DNA of 64,000 nucleotides from Candidatus Yanofskybacteria bacterium (GCA_943359335.1 CALRHC010000001.1:22466-86465), one strand, 5' to 3'. Shown: positions 1 through 9,005, numbered from the stretch's first letter. Made by a program: numbers and translations. The notes: generated from the sequence alone by a model not told the origin.

Positions 1-866
1 ACCCTTACTTTGTTTCTTCTGGTTTGAGTGGTCGCTATATCGAAAAGGCTAGCTTGGCTTTTGATCCTCAAACGTCTCGCCCCGAGGTTTTATTAGAATT
101 TGATTCTGAAGGTAAAGAGCTTTTTGCTCAAATAACTAAAAAGAATGTAGGCAAACAATTAGCTATTTATTTAGACGGCTTACCAATTTCGGCTCCAGTT
201 GTTCAACAAGAAATTTTAGATGGCAGTGCTCAAATAACAGGAAAATTTTCTATAGATGAAGCCAAAACATTGGTAGAGCGTTTAAATTCTGGTGCTTTGC
301 CTGTGCCTATTGAATTAATTTCTCAACAAAGTGTAGGCGCAACGCTTGGCCAAGTTTCTTTAGAGAAAAGTTTAACAGCAGGTATTATAGGTTTTATTTT
401 AGTGGTTATATTTATGATTGTTTGGTACAGAATGGCCGGCATCATGGCGGTTATTGCTTTAATAATTTATACAATAATTTCTCTTTCTATTTTTAAACTT
501 ATTCCGGTTACATTAACCTTGGCCGGTATTACAGGCTTTATTCTTTCTATAGGTATGGCGGTGGATGCTAACGTTTTAATATTTGAAAGAGTGAAAGAGG
601 AATTAAGAAGTGGTAAATCTTTTGGATTATCTTTAAGAGAAGGTTTTACTAGGGCATGGACATCTATTCGCGATTCCAATGTTTCCAGTTTAATAACGGC
701 TTTTGTGCTTTATATATTTGGTTCTAGTTTGGTTAGGGGTTTTGCGTTAACACTTATTATTGGTATTTTGGTTTCTATGTTTTCCGCTATTACATTAACC
801 AGAACATTTTTAAGGGCTTTCGAAGGCACAAGGTTAGAAAAAATAAAGTTTTTGTGGAGACAATAA
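1..866 (+). CDS. secD: protein-export membrane protein SecD, C-terminal part (frame open to the 5' window edge; the TTG at 24 is an internal codon)
   Basis: Translation has the SecD periplasmic-head motif (LAFDPQ..LLEFDSEGKELFAQIT..LDGLPISAPVV) followed by 6 TM helices; lies directly upstream of secF with a 1-nt spacer. Confidence 0.8.
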   Translation, partial: PYFVSSGLSGRYIEKASLAFDPQTSRPEVLLEFDSEGKELFAQITKKNVGKQLAIYLDGLPISAPVVQQEILDGSAQITGKFSIDEAKTLVERLNSGALPVPIELISQQSVGATLGQVSLEKSLTAGIIGFILVVIFMIVWYRMAGIMAVIALIIYTIISLSIFKLIPVTLTLAGITGFILSIGMAVDANVLIFERVKEELRSGKSFGLSLREGFTRAWTSIRDSNVSSLITAFVLYIFGSSLVRGFALTLIIGILVSMFSAITLTRTFLRAFEGTRLEKIKFLWRQ

Positions 867-867
867 T

Positions 868-1755
868 ATGATATCTATAATTCCTAACAGAAAATTTTAT
901 TTAACTATTTCGGCAATATTGGTTGTTGTTAGTATTTTGCCCGTTGTTTTTTGGGGTTTAAAGCTCGGTATAGATTTTACTGGTGGTTCACAATGGGAAG
1001 TAGAGTTTAAAGATAATCGACCTGCCAACGAAGAAGTTTTAAAATCTTTAGATTTTTATAAATTAGAAAATTCTGTTTTACAACCAACAGGAGACAGGGG
1101 TTTAATTTTAAAGTTTAGATCTGTTAACGAAAATACACACGAAGCAATGAAGCAAGATTTAAATTCTGTCTTTCCAATAGAAGAGAAAAAGTTTGATTCT
1201 ATAGGGCCAGTTATAGGCAAAGAACTTCAGAAAAAATCTTTAAAAGCGGTTATATATGTTCTAACTTTAATAGTTATTTATATTGCTTGGGCGTTTAGAA
1301 AAGTTTCTAAACCTGTTTCTTCTTGGAAATACGGAATAATTGCGATTATTGCTTTAGTGCACGACGTAACAATTCCAATGGGTGTATTTGCTACTCTTGG
1401 TCATTTTTATGGGGTAGAAATCGATGCTTATTTTATTACAGCTATTCTTACAATTTTAGGTTTTTCGGTTCACGATACCATTGTAGTTTTCGATAGAATA
1501 AGAGAAAACCTAAGAAAGAATCCTTCTGAAGGCTTTTCTGTAACTATAAATAACAGTGTTAACCAAACCCTTGCTCGTTCTATTAATACATCCCTTACCG
1601 TATTCTTAGTGCTTTTGGCTAGCTACCTATTAGGAGGGGAAAGTACGAAAAATCTATCACTTGTTCTGCTTATAGGGGTCTTTTTTGGGACTTATTCCTC
1701 TATATTTTTGGCGAGCCCTATTTTAAGCCTTTGGGCAGGTTCCAAGCATAAATAG
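868..1755 (+). CDS. secF: protein-export membrane protein SecF
   Basis: 295 aa with N-terminal TM, periplasmic domain and C-terminal 5-TM SecDF-type domain (HDVTIPMGVFA, FDRIREN); gene order secD-secF. Confidence 0.85.
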   Translation: MISIIPNRKFYLTISAILVVVSILPVVFWGLKLGIDFTGGSQWEVEFKDNRPANEEVLKSLDFYKLENSVLQPTGDRGLILKFRSVNENTHEAMKQDLNSVFPIEEKKFDSIGPVIGKELQKKSLKAVIYVLTLIVIYIAWAFRKVSKPVSSWKYGIIAIIALVHDVTIPMGVFATLGHFYGVEIDAYFITAILTILGFSVHDTIVVFDRIRENLRKNPSEGFSVTINNSVNQTLARSINTSLTVFLVLLASYLLGGESTKNLSLVLLIGVFFGTYSSIFLASPILSLWAGSKHK

Positions 1756-1782
1756 CATATTTCCTTGGGGTACGTAGGGTAT

Positions 1783-1811
1783 TTGACATATATTTTAGGT
1801 AGTGATAGTAT
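1783..1811 (+). promoter_or_regulatory. sigma-70-type promoter (TTGACA-17-TAGTAT) upstream of 1843 gene
   Basis: Consensus -35 hexamer and 17-nt spacer; core ATTTGACATATA is shared with the promoter at 3459. Confidence 0.5.
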
Positions 1812-1842
1812 ATAAAAGCTTAAAAGTTAATACTTAATCAAA

Positions 1843-2874
1843 ATGGTCAAGTTTGATATCAAAAAAATTGTTAGCCGATTAGTAGATAACCTATCGGACC
1901 GCTCAAAGGACATAATCTTGTCCCGATTTGGCATTGGTAAAGATGACTACGATACCCTAGAAGCTATAGGGCAACGCTATGGCATTACTCGTGAAAGGGT
2001 TAGACAGATAGAAGCCGACGCTTTAAAGCATATTAAAAGTGCTTCTAATGAATCTATTATAAAACCGGTAATAACTGTTTTAAATGAATTCATAAAATCT
2101 AACGGTGGTGTTATGGATGAAAATGATCTAAAAGCTAGTTTTGCTTCTAATCATTTTGAAACAAAGCCAGAACCTACAAATAAGTACGAAGGCGCTACAA
2201 TGTTTTTCTTAAACTTGGCGGGTTCATTTGTTAGAACAAAAGAAGACGAAAATTTTTGGCCTCGCTGGGCATTAGAAAATTCTTATGTAAAAAACCAAGA
2301 AGCTTTGGTTGCTCATTTAACTGGTCAATTAAAAAAAGAAAAGAAAGTTGTTGGTTTTGAAGAAATGATTAATTGGGCCAAAAAACATAATACTGTTTTA
2401 AACAAAGATATTGTTTTGGCTTACTTAGCTTCTGCTAAAAATATTTCTAAAAATTCTTTTAGTGAATGGGGAATGATTTCTTGGGCAGAAGTTTCTCCTC
2501 GCGGTGTTCGTGACAAAGCCTACTTGGTAATGAAGCGCACGCAAAAGCCTATGCACTTTACAGAAGTTGCAGGCGAAATTAACAAAGCCAGTTTTTCTAA
2601 ACGCGTAGCTTTGCCTCAAACAGTTCACAATGAACTTATTAAAGATGGTAGATTCGTTTTGGTTGGCCGTGGTTTGTATGCTCTAAAAGATTGGGGTTAC
2701 GAAGCTGGCACAGTTAAAGATGTAATCAAAAGCGTACTTGCAGCCAAGGGTCCAATGAACCGAGAAGATGTTGTAAAATCTGTTTTGGCTAAGCGTATGG
2801 TAAAACCAAGTACAATTATTTTAAATTTAAACGGTTTTAAAAAGAAAGACGATAACAAGTATTATTTACTCTAA
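1843..2874 (+). CDS. sigma-70 region-4-like HTH domain protein, C-terminal 270 aa of unknown function
   Basis: N-terminus ILSRFGIGKDDYDTLEAIGQRYGITRERVRQIEADALKHIK matches the sigma-70 region 4.2 HTH; rest has no recognisable motif. Confidence 0.5.
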   Translation: MVKFDIKKIVSRLVDNLSDRSKDIILSRFGIGKDDYDTLEAIGQRYGITRERVRQIEADALKHIKSASNESIIKPVITVLNEFIKSNGGVMDENDLKASFASNHFETKPEPTNKYEGATMFFLNLAGSFVRTKEDENFWPRWALENSYVKNQEALVAHLTGQLKKEKKVVGFEEMINWAKKHNTVLNKDIVLAYLASAKNISKNSFSEWGMISWAEVSPRGVRDKAYLVMKRTQKPMHFTEVAGEINKASFSKRVALPQTVHNELIKDGRFVLVGRGLYALKDWGYEAGTVKDVIKSVLAAKGPMNREDVVKSVLAKRMVKPSTIILNLNGFKKKDDNKYYLL

Positions 2875-2895
2875 TAAAGTTTAACTAAACTTTCA

Positions 2896-2928
2896 AAAAC
2901 AGCTCCGATCTTGTATCGGAGCTGTTTT
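2896..2928 (+). terminator. intrinsic terminator hairpin (ACAGCTCCGAT-loop-ATCGGAGCTGT + T-run)
   Basis: Perfect 11-bp inverted repeat followed by TTTTGT; near-identical copy at 18309. Confidence 0.7.
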
Positions 2929-2987
2929 GTATTGTAGGCTTATGCTTAAGAATCTGTTCTTTAACTTTTAACTTCGAAAGGATAATT

Positions 2988-3374
2988 ATGGAAACTCCTT
3001 CCGTTGTAATGAATGAAGTTCAGGGGGAATTGTTTTTATTGAAAATGCTATTGAGTAATCTTAAGGCGGCGGAATTATTTATTTCTGCCGGTGTTGAAAT
3101 GGCGGATGCGTTAGTTGATTTATATCCTGCTGCCGATACAGTAGTTACAGAAAAGATGCGGCCCAAGACAATAGAATTTTTTAGATCGTTCGATAGGTCT
3201 ATGAATGCTCTTTCTAAGGATTTTCCAAAAGACTTAATCAAACAAGTCGAGAGTAGAGTAACTATTTTGGAAAAAACAACTACAGAAGGTTTGATAGATC
3301 AATCATCTAATGTTGGCACAGTACAAGGATCCGGAACTAATATTCATGATCCCGACCATACTGCAGAGTTGTAG
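2988..3374 (+). CDS. hypothetical protein (128 aa)
   Basis: ORF with ATG start 7 nt after an A-rich/GGA region; no recognisable motif; moderately elevated GC. Confidence 0.35.
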   Translation: METPSVVMNEVQGELFLLKMLLSNLKAAELFISAGVEMADALVDLYPAADTVVTEKMRPKTIEFFRSFDRSMNALSKDFPKDLIKQVESRVTILEKTTTEGLIDQSSNVGTVQGSGTNIHDPDHTAEL

Positions 3375-3458
3375 TTACTGTTTCGTCCCTAATAAAATGG
3401 GGACGATTTTTTTGTCTTCAAAAATTAGCCCGAGTAAAATCTAAAAATCACATTATAT

Positions 3459-3487
3459 TTGACATATAGTCAAATATTTGCTTTAAT
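3459..3487 (+). promoter_or_regulatory. sigma-70-type promoter (TTGACA-17-TTTAAT) upstream of lipoprotein gene
   Basis: TATATTTGACATATAG shares a 12-nt core with the promoter at 1783. Confidence 0.4.
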
Positions 3488-3539
3488 TTACACTCGTGTT
3501 CCTTGATTTTTTACTTTAATACCTTAAGTGGAGGTTGCA

Positions 3540-5474
3540 ATGATTCGTCGTCTGCTTTGTCTTTTTGCTATTTTGCTAGGCTTAAACGCCTGCGATAGCA
3601 AACGTGATGCGAACAAGATTTTGTCGCCAAATGTGGATGAAGAAGTGGTGGTCGCCCAAACGGAAAAAGAAGATACATCTTCTTGGGATTTAACCAAGGA
3701 TGTGTCTCTAGATTCTGTGCTGGCTATGCCAGTAGGTACAAAGATGTATTTTCGTACGGCTTTCGTCGGTAAGGTTTTGGAAGATTTCGAAGTCACTTTA
3801 GGTTATGGCAAAGTCGTATATGACCTCACTGCGCCGATGCCAGTGATACACTTGATAGCTTCCGACTCGAGGCTAATCGCTTTGGGTGGAGTATCTCACG
3901 GTATGAGTGGATCCCCAGTTTTTACCAAGGACGGCAAGGTCGGTGCGTTATCCATGAGTTTCGATGAGCAGACTGAGGACAAGAACATTGCTTTTTTTGC
4001 GACGTCGATTGAATGGATGAGGAAGGAAATTCCCAACAAGGAAATCAGGCTGGGTAAGCCGGTGGTTTGGAGGGGGTACATTGTAAGGCCATTGGCTCTT
4101 CCTCTGCTGATGTCTGGCGTTAACAATCATCTGATGAATGCGGCCATTCTCGAATACGCCGACAAACTGGGCGACGGCAATCTCAATATGTTATCGGCAT
4201 CAGGTTCGGCCGGAGCCGGTGGTAATATTGAACAGAAGTTTGAAGATGGTAGCCCGTTGACCGGAGTATTATTTACGGGAGACGAGGTGATCATCGGTGC
4301 CACAGGAACGGCAACCGATGTCCGAGGCAATAACATTTTCGGTTTCGGCCATCCCTGGTGGGGTAACGGGCAGACTTCGTTAGCCATGGTGGCCACCGAA
4401 ATTCTGGCCGAGGTTAGTGGTCCGTCGCCGTTCAAGTTAGCCAGGTTGGGCAATAAGGTTCTTGGGGAAATTATTTACGACCGTATGCCTGGAGTTGGGG
4501 GAGTTTTGGGCCAAATGCCCGAAATGATTCCCTTGGTTTTTAACGCTTCAATTTTTGGCGAGAAGGCGTTAAGCATGAATCATCAAATGTCTCCGGTAGT
4601 TTTATCCGGTTTCGACATGTTCATGCAGGCCATAATGGCCGGTACCACACTTCTTTCTCCTCTGGCCAATAGGCTAGACAATGCCAACGACAAAAGTTTG
4701 ATAGTTCGGACCAAAATCGACTTTAAGGGTTCTAACTTGAAGGTTGATTTTGAAAGGACTTATGCCCAGCCTCATGCTGGTGTATTGGATTTGATGAATG
4801 GTCCTTTGTTTGGTTTTGTTAATGCCTATTTAGGTTCTGTGGGTAACGATTATGCTGATCTGAAAGTTAGCAACATCCAAATGAATGTGGATGTTGTGGA
4901 CGAACCTTTGTTCGCAATCATACAAGGCTTCGAGGCGGATAGTGTCGTTACCGCTGGTAGTGATTTGCCAGTTAAGATCAGTTTAAGGGTTGGAGCAACT
5001 AAAGACGTCGATCTTAACTTGGCTTTTGCTGTGCCGGATAGTTTTGAGGCCGGCATCTATAGCCTGACGGTGGGTTCACTCGCAGCTTTGGAATATTCTT
5101 CCTATGAACCTTCCGATCCGAGCAAGTTTAAAAATCTGGAAGATGTGTTTGAAGACATCAACGAGGTTGATGGTAGTACCACTTTAAAGCTGGTTTTGTC
5201 TTTCAACGAGCCTTTGCCAGTGGAGGCCCCAGATAGCTTGGTGATTGTTGTGCCTGATACAGTAGTTGTGCCTGCTGATACAGTAAAGGTGGATTCACTG
5301 ATGCCTGTGCCACCACCAGTGATGGGTGGTGGTTCGATTGTGTCCTCACCAGGATTGCTACCTCCTTATCAAGAATCTATTGTCTATAACGATAAAGCCA
5401 GTATGGAAAAAAAGATAGACTGGGTTTTGCAGTATGATACAGGTACGGTTAAGGTGAAGGCGATGAAGAAGTAA
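3540..5474 (+). CDS. exported lipoprotein with SpoIVB/S55-like serine-peptidase motif (GMSGSP...GK.GA) and C-terminal Pro/Val-rich repeats
   Basis: ATG at 3540 preceded by GGAGG (the ORF-track start at 3528 is a GTG inside the SD); signal peptide MIRRLLCLFAILLGLNAC with a lipobox Cys; motif GGVSHGMSGSPVFTKDGKVGALSMSF resembles the catalytic-Ser region of peptidase S55; GC about 45-50% versus about 34% genome. Confidence 0.45.
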   Translation: MIRRLLCLFAILLGLNACDSKRDANKILSPNVDEEVVVAQTEKEDTSSWDLTKDVSLDSVLAMPVGTKMYFRTAFVGKVLEDFEVTLGYGKVVYDLTAPMPVIHLIASDSRLIALGGVSHGMSGSPVFTKDGKVGALSMSFDEQTEDKNIAFFATSIEWMRKEIPNKEIRLGKPVVWRGYIVRPLALPLLMSGVNNHLMNAAILEYADKLGDGNLNMLSASGSAGAGGNIEQKFEDGSPLTGVLFTGDEVIIGATGTATDVRGNNIFGFGHPWWGNGQTSLAMVATEILAEVSGPSPFKLARLGNKVLGEIIYDRMPGVGGVLGQMPEMIPLVFNASIFGEKALSMNHQMSPVVLSGFDMFMQAIMAGTTLLSPLANRLDNANDKSLIVRTKIDFKGSNLKVDFERTYAQPHAGVLDLMNGPLFGFVNAYLGSVGNDYADLKVSNIQMNVDVVDEPLFAIIQGFEADSVVTAGSDLPVKISLRVGATKDVDLNLAFAVPDSFEAGIYSLTVGSLAALEYSSYEPSDPSKFKNLEDVFEDINEVDGSTTLKLVLSFNEPLPVEAPDSLVIVVPDTVVVPADTVKVDSLMPVPPPVMGGGSIVSSPGLLPPYQESIVYNDKASMEKKIDWVLQYDTGTVKVKAMKK

Positions 5475-5481
5475 GCTCTTT

Positions 5482-5516
5482 AGAGCGAAGCGGAAAAACC
5501 GCTTCGCTCTTTTTAT
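5482..5516 (+). terminator. intrinsic terminator (AGAGCGAAGCGG-AAAAA-CCGCTTCGCTCT + TTTTT)
   Basis: 12-bp perfect stem followed by a T-run immediately after the stop at 5474. Confidence 0.75.
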
Positions 5517-5554
5517 TTTATTAAGATAATAAAAGTGATAAAATATAATATAAG

Positions 5555-6871
5555 ATGTTGCAAAATCCGTTTAGTTTAATATTCGATATTTTGGGAGTAG
5601 TCTCACACCATATTTGGTTATGGGGTTGGGTTTTTTTGCCGATTCTTTTGGCACCATTTTTATGGGATGCCTATATGTACCACATTCGTATTAAAACTTT
5701 AAAAAAATTTAAATGGCAGATGTTGGAATTTCGCTTACCGCCAGATGTGGAAAAAAGCCCATTGGCAATGGAACAGGTTTTAGCAATCTTACAAAGCACT
5801 CTTTTTAAAGGTGGTTGGTGGAAACGCTATGTGGAAGGGCGCGTTCAAGAATGGTTTAGTTTAGAAATAACTTCTTTCGAAGGCGAATTACATTTTTATA
5901 TTCGAACACTTGGGCAATTTAGAAATTTAGTTGAGGCGGCAATTTATGCACAATATCCACAAGCCGAAATTTTTGATGCTGAAGATTATACGGCAAACGT
6001 TCCAGCAATAATCCCAAACGAAACCCACGACCTTTTTGGTTGCGAACTTAAATTGGCACGTGAAGATGGTTACCCAATACGCACCTATAAAGATTTCGAA
6101 TTAAAGACCGAAAGTAGCAAAGAAGGTGGTTCTAATATTTCTTTGGTGGATCCTTTGGCGGGCATAGCCGAAACAATGACGCGTTTAAAAAAAGGTGAAC
6201 AAGCTTGGATTCAAATCGCTATAAGACCAACCGATGACGGTTGGAAAAAAGTAGCAATGGAGACGGTTTTAAAATTAGTCGGGCGCCCTAAAAAAGAAGT
6301 GCCACAGGGTTCTTATATGTGGGCGTTACTTAAAAAAGAATTATCCGATTTTGCTAAGGGAGCAGTGCAAGCGCCTTTTAAAACTCCGGAATTTGAACCT
6401 TTTGAATGGGGTTCACCAAAAAGTGATAAGCCTCACTCATTAATGCAGTTTCTTACTTCGGGTGAAAAAGAAATTATAGAGGCAATAGAAAGAAAAACCT
6501 CTAAAGTGGGTTTTGAGACAGTTATTAGAGTTGTGTATATAGGTACTAAAGAAGCTTTTTATATACCAACATTTTTTCAGGTGGCTTCCGGTTTTAACCA
6601 GTTTAGTACACAAAATTTAAATTCTATAAAAAGAGATGGCGCCACATTAACTGCAGGAAAATTTCCTTTTAAAAAATTTAAAGAAATGCAAAAGAAGAAG
6701 TGGATGTTATATAAATATAGAATTCGCGGCCGACCAGATACTATGTTTGTAATGAATACAGAAGAACTGGCAACACTTTACCACTTCCCAGGACGAGTTG
6801 TTATGGCGCCAAGCTTGCCTAGAGTTCAAGCTAAAAAAGGCGAACCACCAGCAGGATTACCCAGTTATTAG
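5555..6871 (+). CDS. hypothetical membrane protein (2 N-terminal TM segments plus large soluble domain), putative partner of the downstream ATPase
   Basis: 438 aa; hydrophobic N-terminus LIFDILGVVSHHIWLWGWVFLPILLAPFLW; no catalytic motif recognised. Confidence 0.5.
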   Translation: MLQNPFSLIFDILGVVSHHIWLWGWVFLPILLAPFLWDAYMYHIRIKTLKKFKWQMLEFRLPPDVEKSPLAMEQVLAILQSTLFKGGWWKRYVEGRVQEWFSLEITSFEGELHFYIRTLGQFRNLVEAAIYAQYPQAEIFDAEDYTANVPAIIPNETHDLFGCELKLAREDGYPIRTYKDFELKTESSKEGGSNISLVDPLAGIAETMTRLKKGEQAWIQIAIRPTDDGWKKVAMETVLKLVGRPKKEVPQGSYMWALLKKELSDFAKGAVQAPFKTPEFEPFEWGSPKSDKPHSLMQFLTSGEKEIIEAIERKTSKVGFETVIRVVYIGTKEAFYIPTFFQVASGFNQFSTQNLNSIKRDGATLTAGKFPFKKFKEMQKKKWMLYKYRIRGRPDTMFVMNTEELATLYHFPGRVVMAPSLPRVQAKKGEPPAGLPSY

Positions 6872-6896
6872 CTTCATTAGCTTTCAGCTTCTTTAG
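6868..6896 (+). repeat. left arm (AGCTTCATTAGC type) of the intergenic palindromic repeat family
   Basis: TTAGCTTCATTAGCTTTCAGCTTCTTTAG; its complementary arm lies at 7258..7289, beyond the four-helix-bundle gene. Confidence 0.6.
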
Positions 6897-6903
6897 ATAT
6901 TAG

Positions 6904-7266
6904 ATGATAAATTCTTACAAAGATTTAATTGTTTGGCAAAAATCATTGAAGTTATCATTGTTGGCTTATGAACTTACCGAAAAATTTCCAAAAGAAGAAA
7001 TCTATGGCTTAACATCGCAAATAAGAAGATCGGCAGTATCAATACCGTCTAATATAGCTGAAGGAAGATATAGAGGGACAAAAAATGATTTTACTCAGTT
7101 TTTAAGAATAGCTTATTCTTCGGGCGCAGAATTAGAGACACAAATAGAAATAGCTAGAAATTTATCAAAGACAAAAGATTTAGATTATTCAAAAATAGAT
7201 ATTTTAATAGTAGAGGTTATGAAGATGTTAAATGTTATGATAAGAAATATAAATCCTAAAAGCTAA
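6904..7266 (+). CDS. four-helix-bundle protein (23S rRNA intervening-sequence protein family)
   Basis: 120 aa, LIVWQKSLKLSLLAYELTEKFPKEE...QIRRSAVSIPSNIAEG..F..IAYSSGAELETQIEIA is the signature of this family. Confidence 0.75.
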   Translation: MINSYKDLIVWQKSLKLSLLAYELTEKFPKEEIYGLTSQIRRSAVSIPSNIAEGRYRGTKNDFTQFLRIAYSSGAELETQIEIARNLSKTKDLDYSKIDILIVEVMKMLNVMIRNINPKS

Positions 7267-7289
7267 AGAAGCTAGTGAAGCTAAAAGCT
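7258..7289 (+). repeat. right arm (GCTAATGAAGCT type) of the palindromic repeat family, ending at the ATG at 7290
   Basis: AGCTAAAGAAGCTAGTGAAGCTAAAAGCT|ATG; same arm precedes ATGs at 15601, 20835, 23430, 33591 and 36412(-). Confidence 0.6.
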
Positions 7290-9005
7290 ATGAATGACGA
7301 AATAACTTTATTTGCCGAAACAAATTTTAGAAACGAGAAGCGTCGTTTTGGTATTAAAAAAGACGATCGCCGCAGGCACACCTATATTATTGGAAAAACC
7401 GGTATGGGTAAAACGACCATGCTCGAAAACATGATTATTTCGGATATTATTCATGGCAAGGGTTTAGGTTTTATAGACCCACACGGGGATTCGGCCGAGA
7501 AAATTTTAGAATTTGTTCCACCAGAACGCATAAACGATGTAATTTATTTCGATCCTTCCGATTTAGAAATGCCTATAGCTTTTAATGCTATAGAAAATGT
7601 TGAAGCCGAAAAAAAGCATTTAGTAGCTTCGGGTTTGATGGGTGTGTTTAAAAAAATCTGGCCCGATGTATGGTCGGCCAGAATGGAATATATTTTAAAC
7701 AATACTATTTTAGCTTTGCTAGATTACCCTGGCGCCACTATTTTGGGTATTATGCGAATGCTTTCTAATAAAGAATACCGCAAGCAAGTGGTGGATGAAA
7801 TTAAGGATCCAATGGTTAAATCTTTCTGGGTAGATGAATTTGCTAAGTATACAGATAGATTTGCGGCCGAAGCCACTCCAGCTATTCAAAACAAAGTTGG
7901 GCAGTTTTTATCGGCTGCGGTTATTCGTAATATTGTAGGCCAAGTAAATAGTGCTATGGATATGCGCAAGGTTATGGACGAAGGCAAGATTTTAATTATG
8001 AACCTTTCCAAGGGCAAAATCGGCGAAGATAATTCTAAACTTTTGGGTGGTTTGCTGGTTACAAAATTACAGTTAGCAGCTATGAGCCGTGTAGATATTC
8101 CCGAAGAAGACCGTAAAGATTTCTTTTTATACGTAGACGAGTTTCAGAATTTTGCGACAGAATCTTTTGGTAATATTCTTTCCGAAGCTCGCAAATATCG
8201 CTTAGCCCTTATTTTGGCTAATCAGTACATTGCTCAATTAGTGCAAAGCGTGGGTGGTTCTAAAAGCACAGCGGTGCGAGACGCAATATTTGGTAACGTT
8301 GGTACCCTAATTTCTTTTAGGGTAGGCGCCGAAGATGCCGAATATTTAGAAAAAGAATTTGCACCAGAATTTGTGGCAACCGATATTGTTAATTTAGCCA
8401 AATACAATGTTTACTTAAAACTTATGATAGACGGCGCAGCTTCGCGGGCTTTTTCGGCCACAACTTTAGCTCCATACCCAAAACCAGCTGTTAATAATCG
8501 CGATGCCATTATTAAACATTCTAGGGAAACTTATGGCACACCTCGCGAAGACGTAGAAAATGAAATAGCCGATTGGGCTGGTGTTAGAGATTTAATGCCA
8601 TCTAGTATAAAAGCAGCAAAAGCAGAAAGTGATGCTGCTTTTCGTGATGGTTACGATACAGAAGCCGCACCAGCGGTTTCTGCTTCCAAGCCAAAAAGCG
8701 ACAAAGATCTTTTTGAAGCTGTTTGTTGGGAGGGTGGGGAAAAAGTTTGGGTGCCATTTAAACCAGATGGAGTCCGCCCAATTTATTGTAAAAACCATTT
8801 ATATAAATTAAACGAAGTTAAACAGCAAGTTATTTTTGAACAGTTTAAACCAGTAAGTTTGAAAGATGCTTTGCAGAAGGGCGGCATAGTTAATCACATA
8901 GGTAATAATCCTCGTCCAAATAAAAAGAAAAATAAACCTAAAGAACCTCCAGCCGATATAGAAGGTTTGCGTTCGCTGCTTTCCGATATCAAGCCAACTA
9001 CTTAA
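7290..9005 (+). CDS. P-loop ATPase of the TraD/VirD4/HerA-FtsK-like superfamily (T4SS DNA-binding-domain type) with C-terminal Cys/His zinc-ribbon-like motif
   Basis: Walker A IIGKTGMGKTT, Walker B LYVDEFQNF; C-terminus CWEGGEKVWVPFKPDGVRPIYCKNH; start set at ATG 7290 (ORF-track GTG 7275 lies inside the repeat arm) by analogy with the other repeat copies. Confidence 0.6.
   Translation: MNDEITLFAETNFRNEKRRFGIKKDDRRRHTYIIGKTGMGKTTMLENMIISDIIHGKGLGFIDPHGDSAEKILEFVPPERINDVIYFDPSDLEMPIAFNAIENVEAEKKHLVASGLMGVFKKIWPDVWSARMEYILNNTILALLDYPGATILGIMRMLSNKEYRKQVVDEIKDPMVKSFWVDEFAKYTDRFAAEATPAIQNKVGQFLSAAVIRNIVGQVNSAMDMRKVMDEGKILIMNLSKGKIGEDNSKLLGGLLVTKLQLAAMSRVDIPEEDRKDFFLYVDEFQNFATESFGNILSEARKYRLALILANQYIAQLVQSVGGSKSTAVRDAIFGNVGTLISFRVGAEDAEYLEKEFAPEFVATDIVNLAKYNVYLKLMIDGAASRAFSATTLAPYPKPAVNNRDAIIKHSRETYGTPREDVENEIADWAGVRDLMPSSIKAAKAESDAAFRDGYDTEAAPAVSASKPKSDKDLFEAVCWEGGEKVWVPFKPDGVRPIYCKNHLYKLNEVKQQVIFEQFKPVSLKDALQKGGIVNHIGNNPRPNKKKNKPKEPPADIEGLRSLLSDIKPTT

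Noticed and set aside
467-679. Short antisense ORFs throughout (e.g. 467..679, 2425..2628, 8592..8811, 9957..10232, 19966..20586, 26771..27484)
   Set aside because: All lie fully inside well-supported genes on the opposite strand and show no independent signals.
7275-7289. GTG at 7275 as the start of the ATPase gene (ORF-track start)
   Set aside because: The 15 nt belong to the repeat right arm, which at five other loci ends exactly at the initiation codon; ATG 7290 is preferred.
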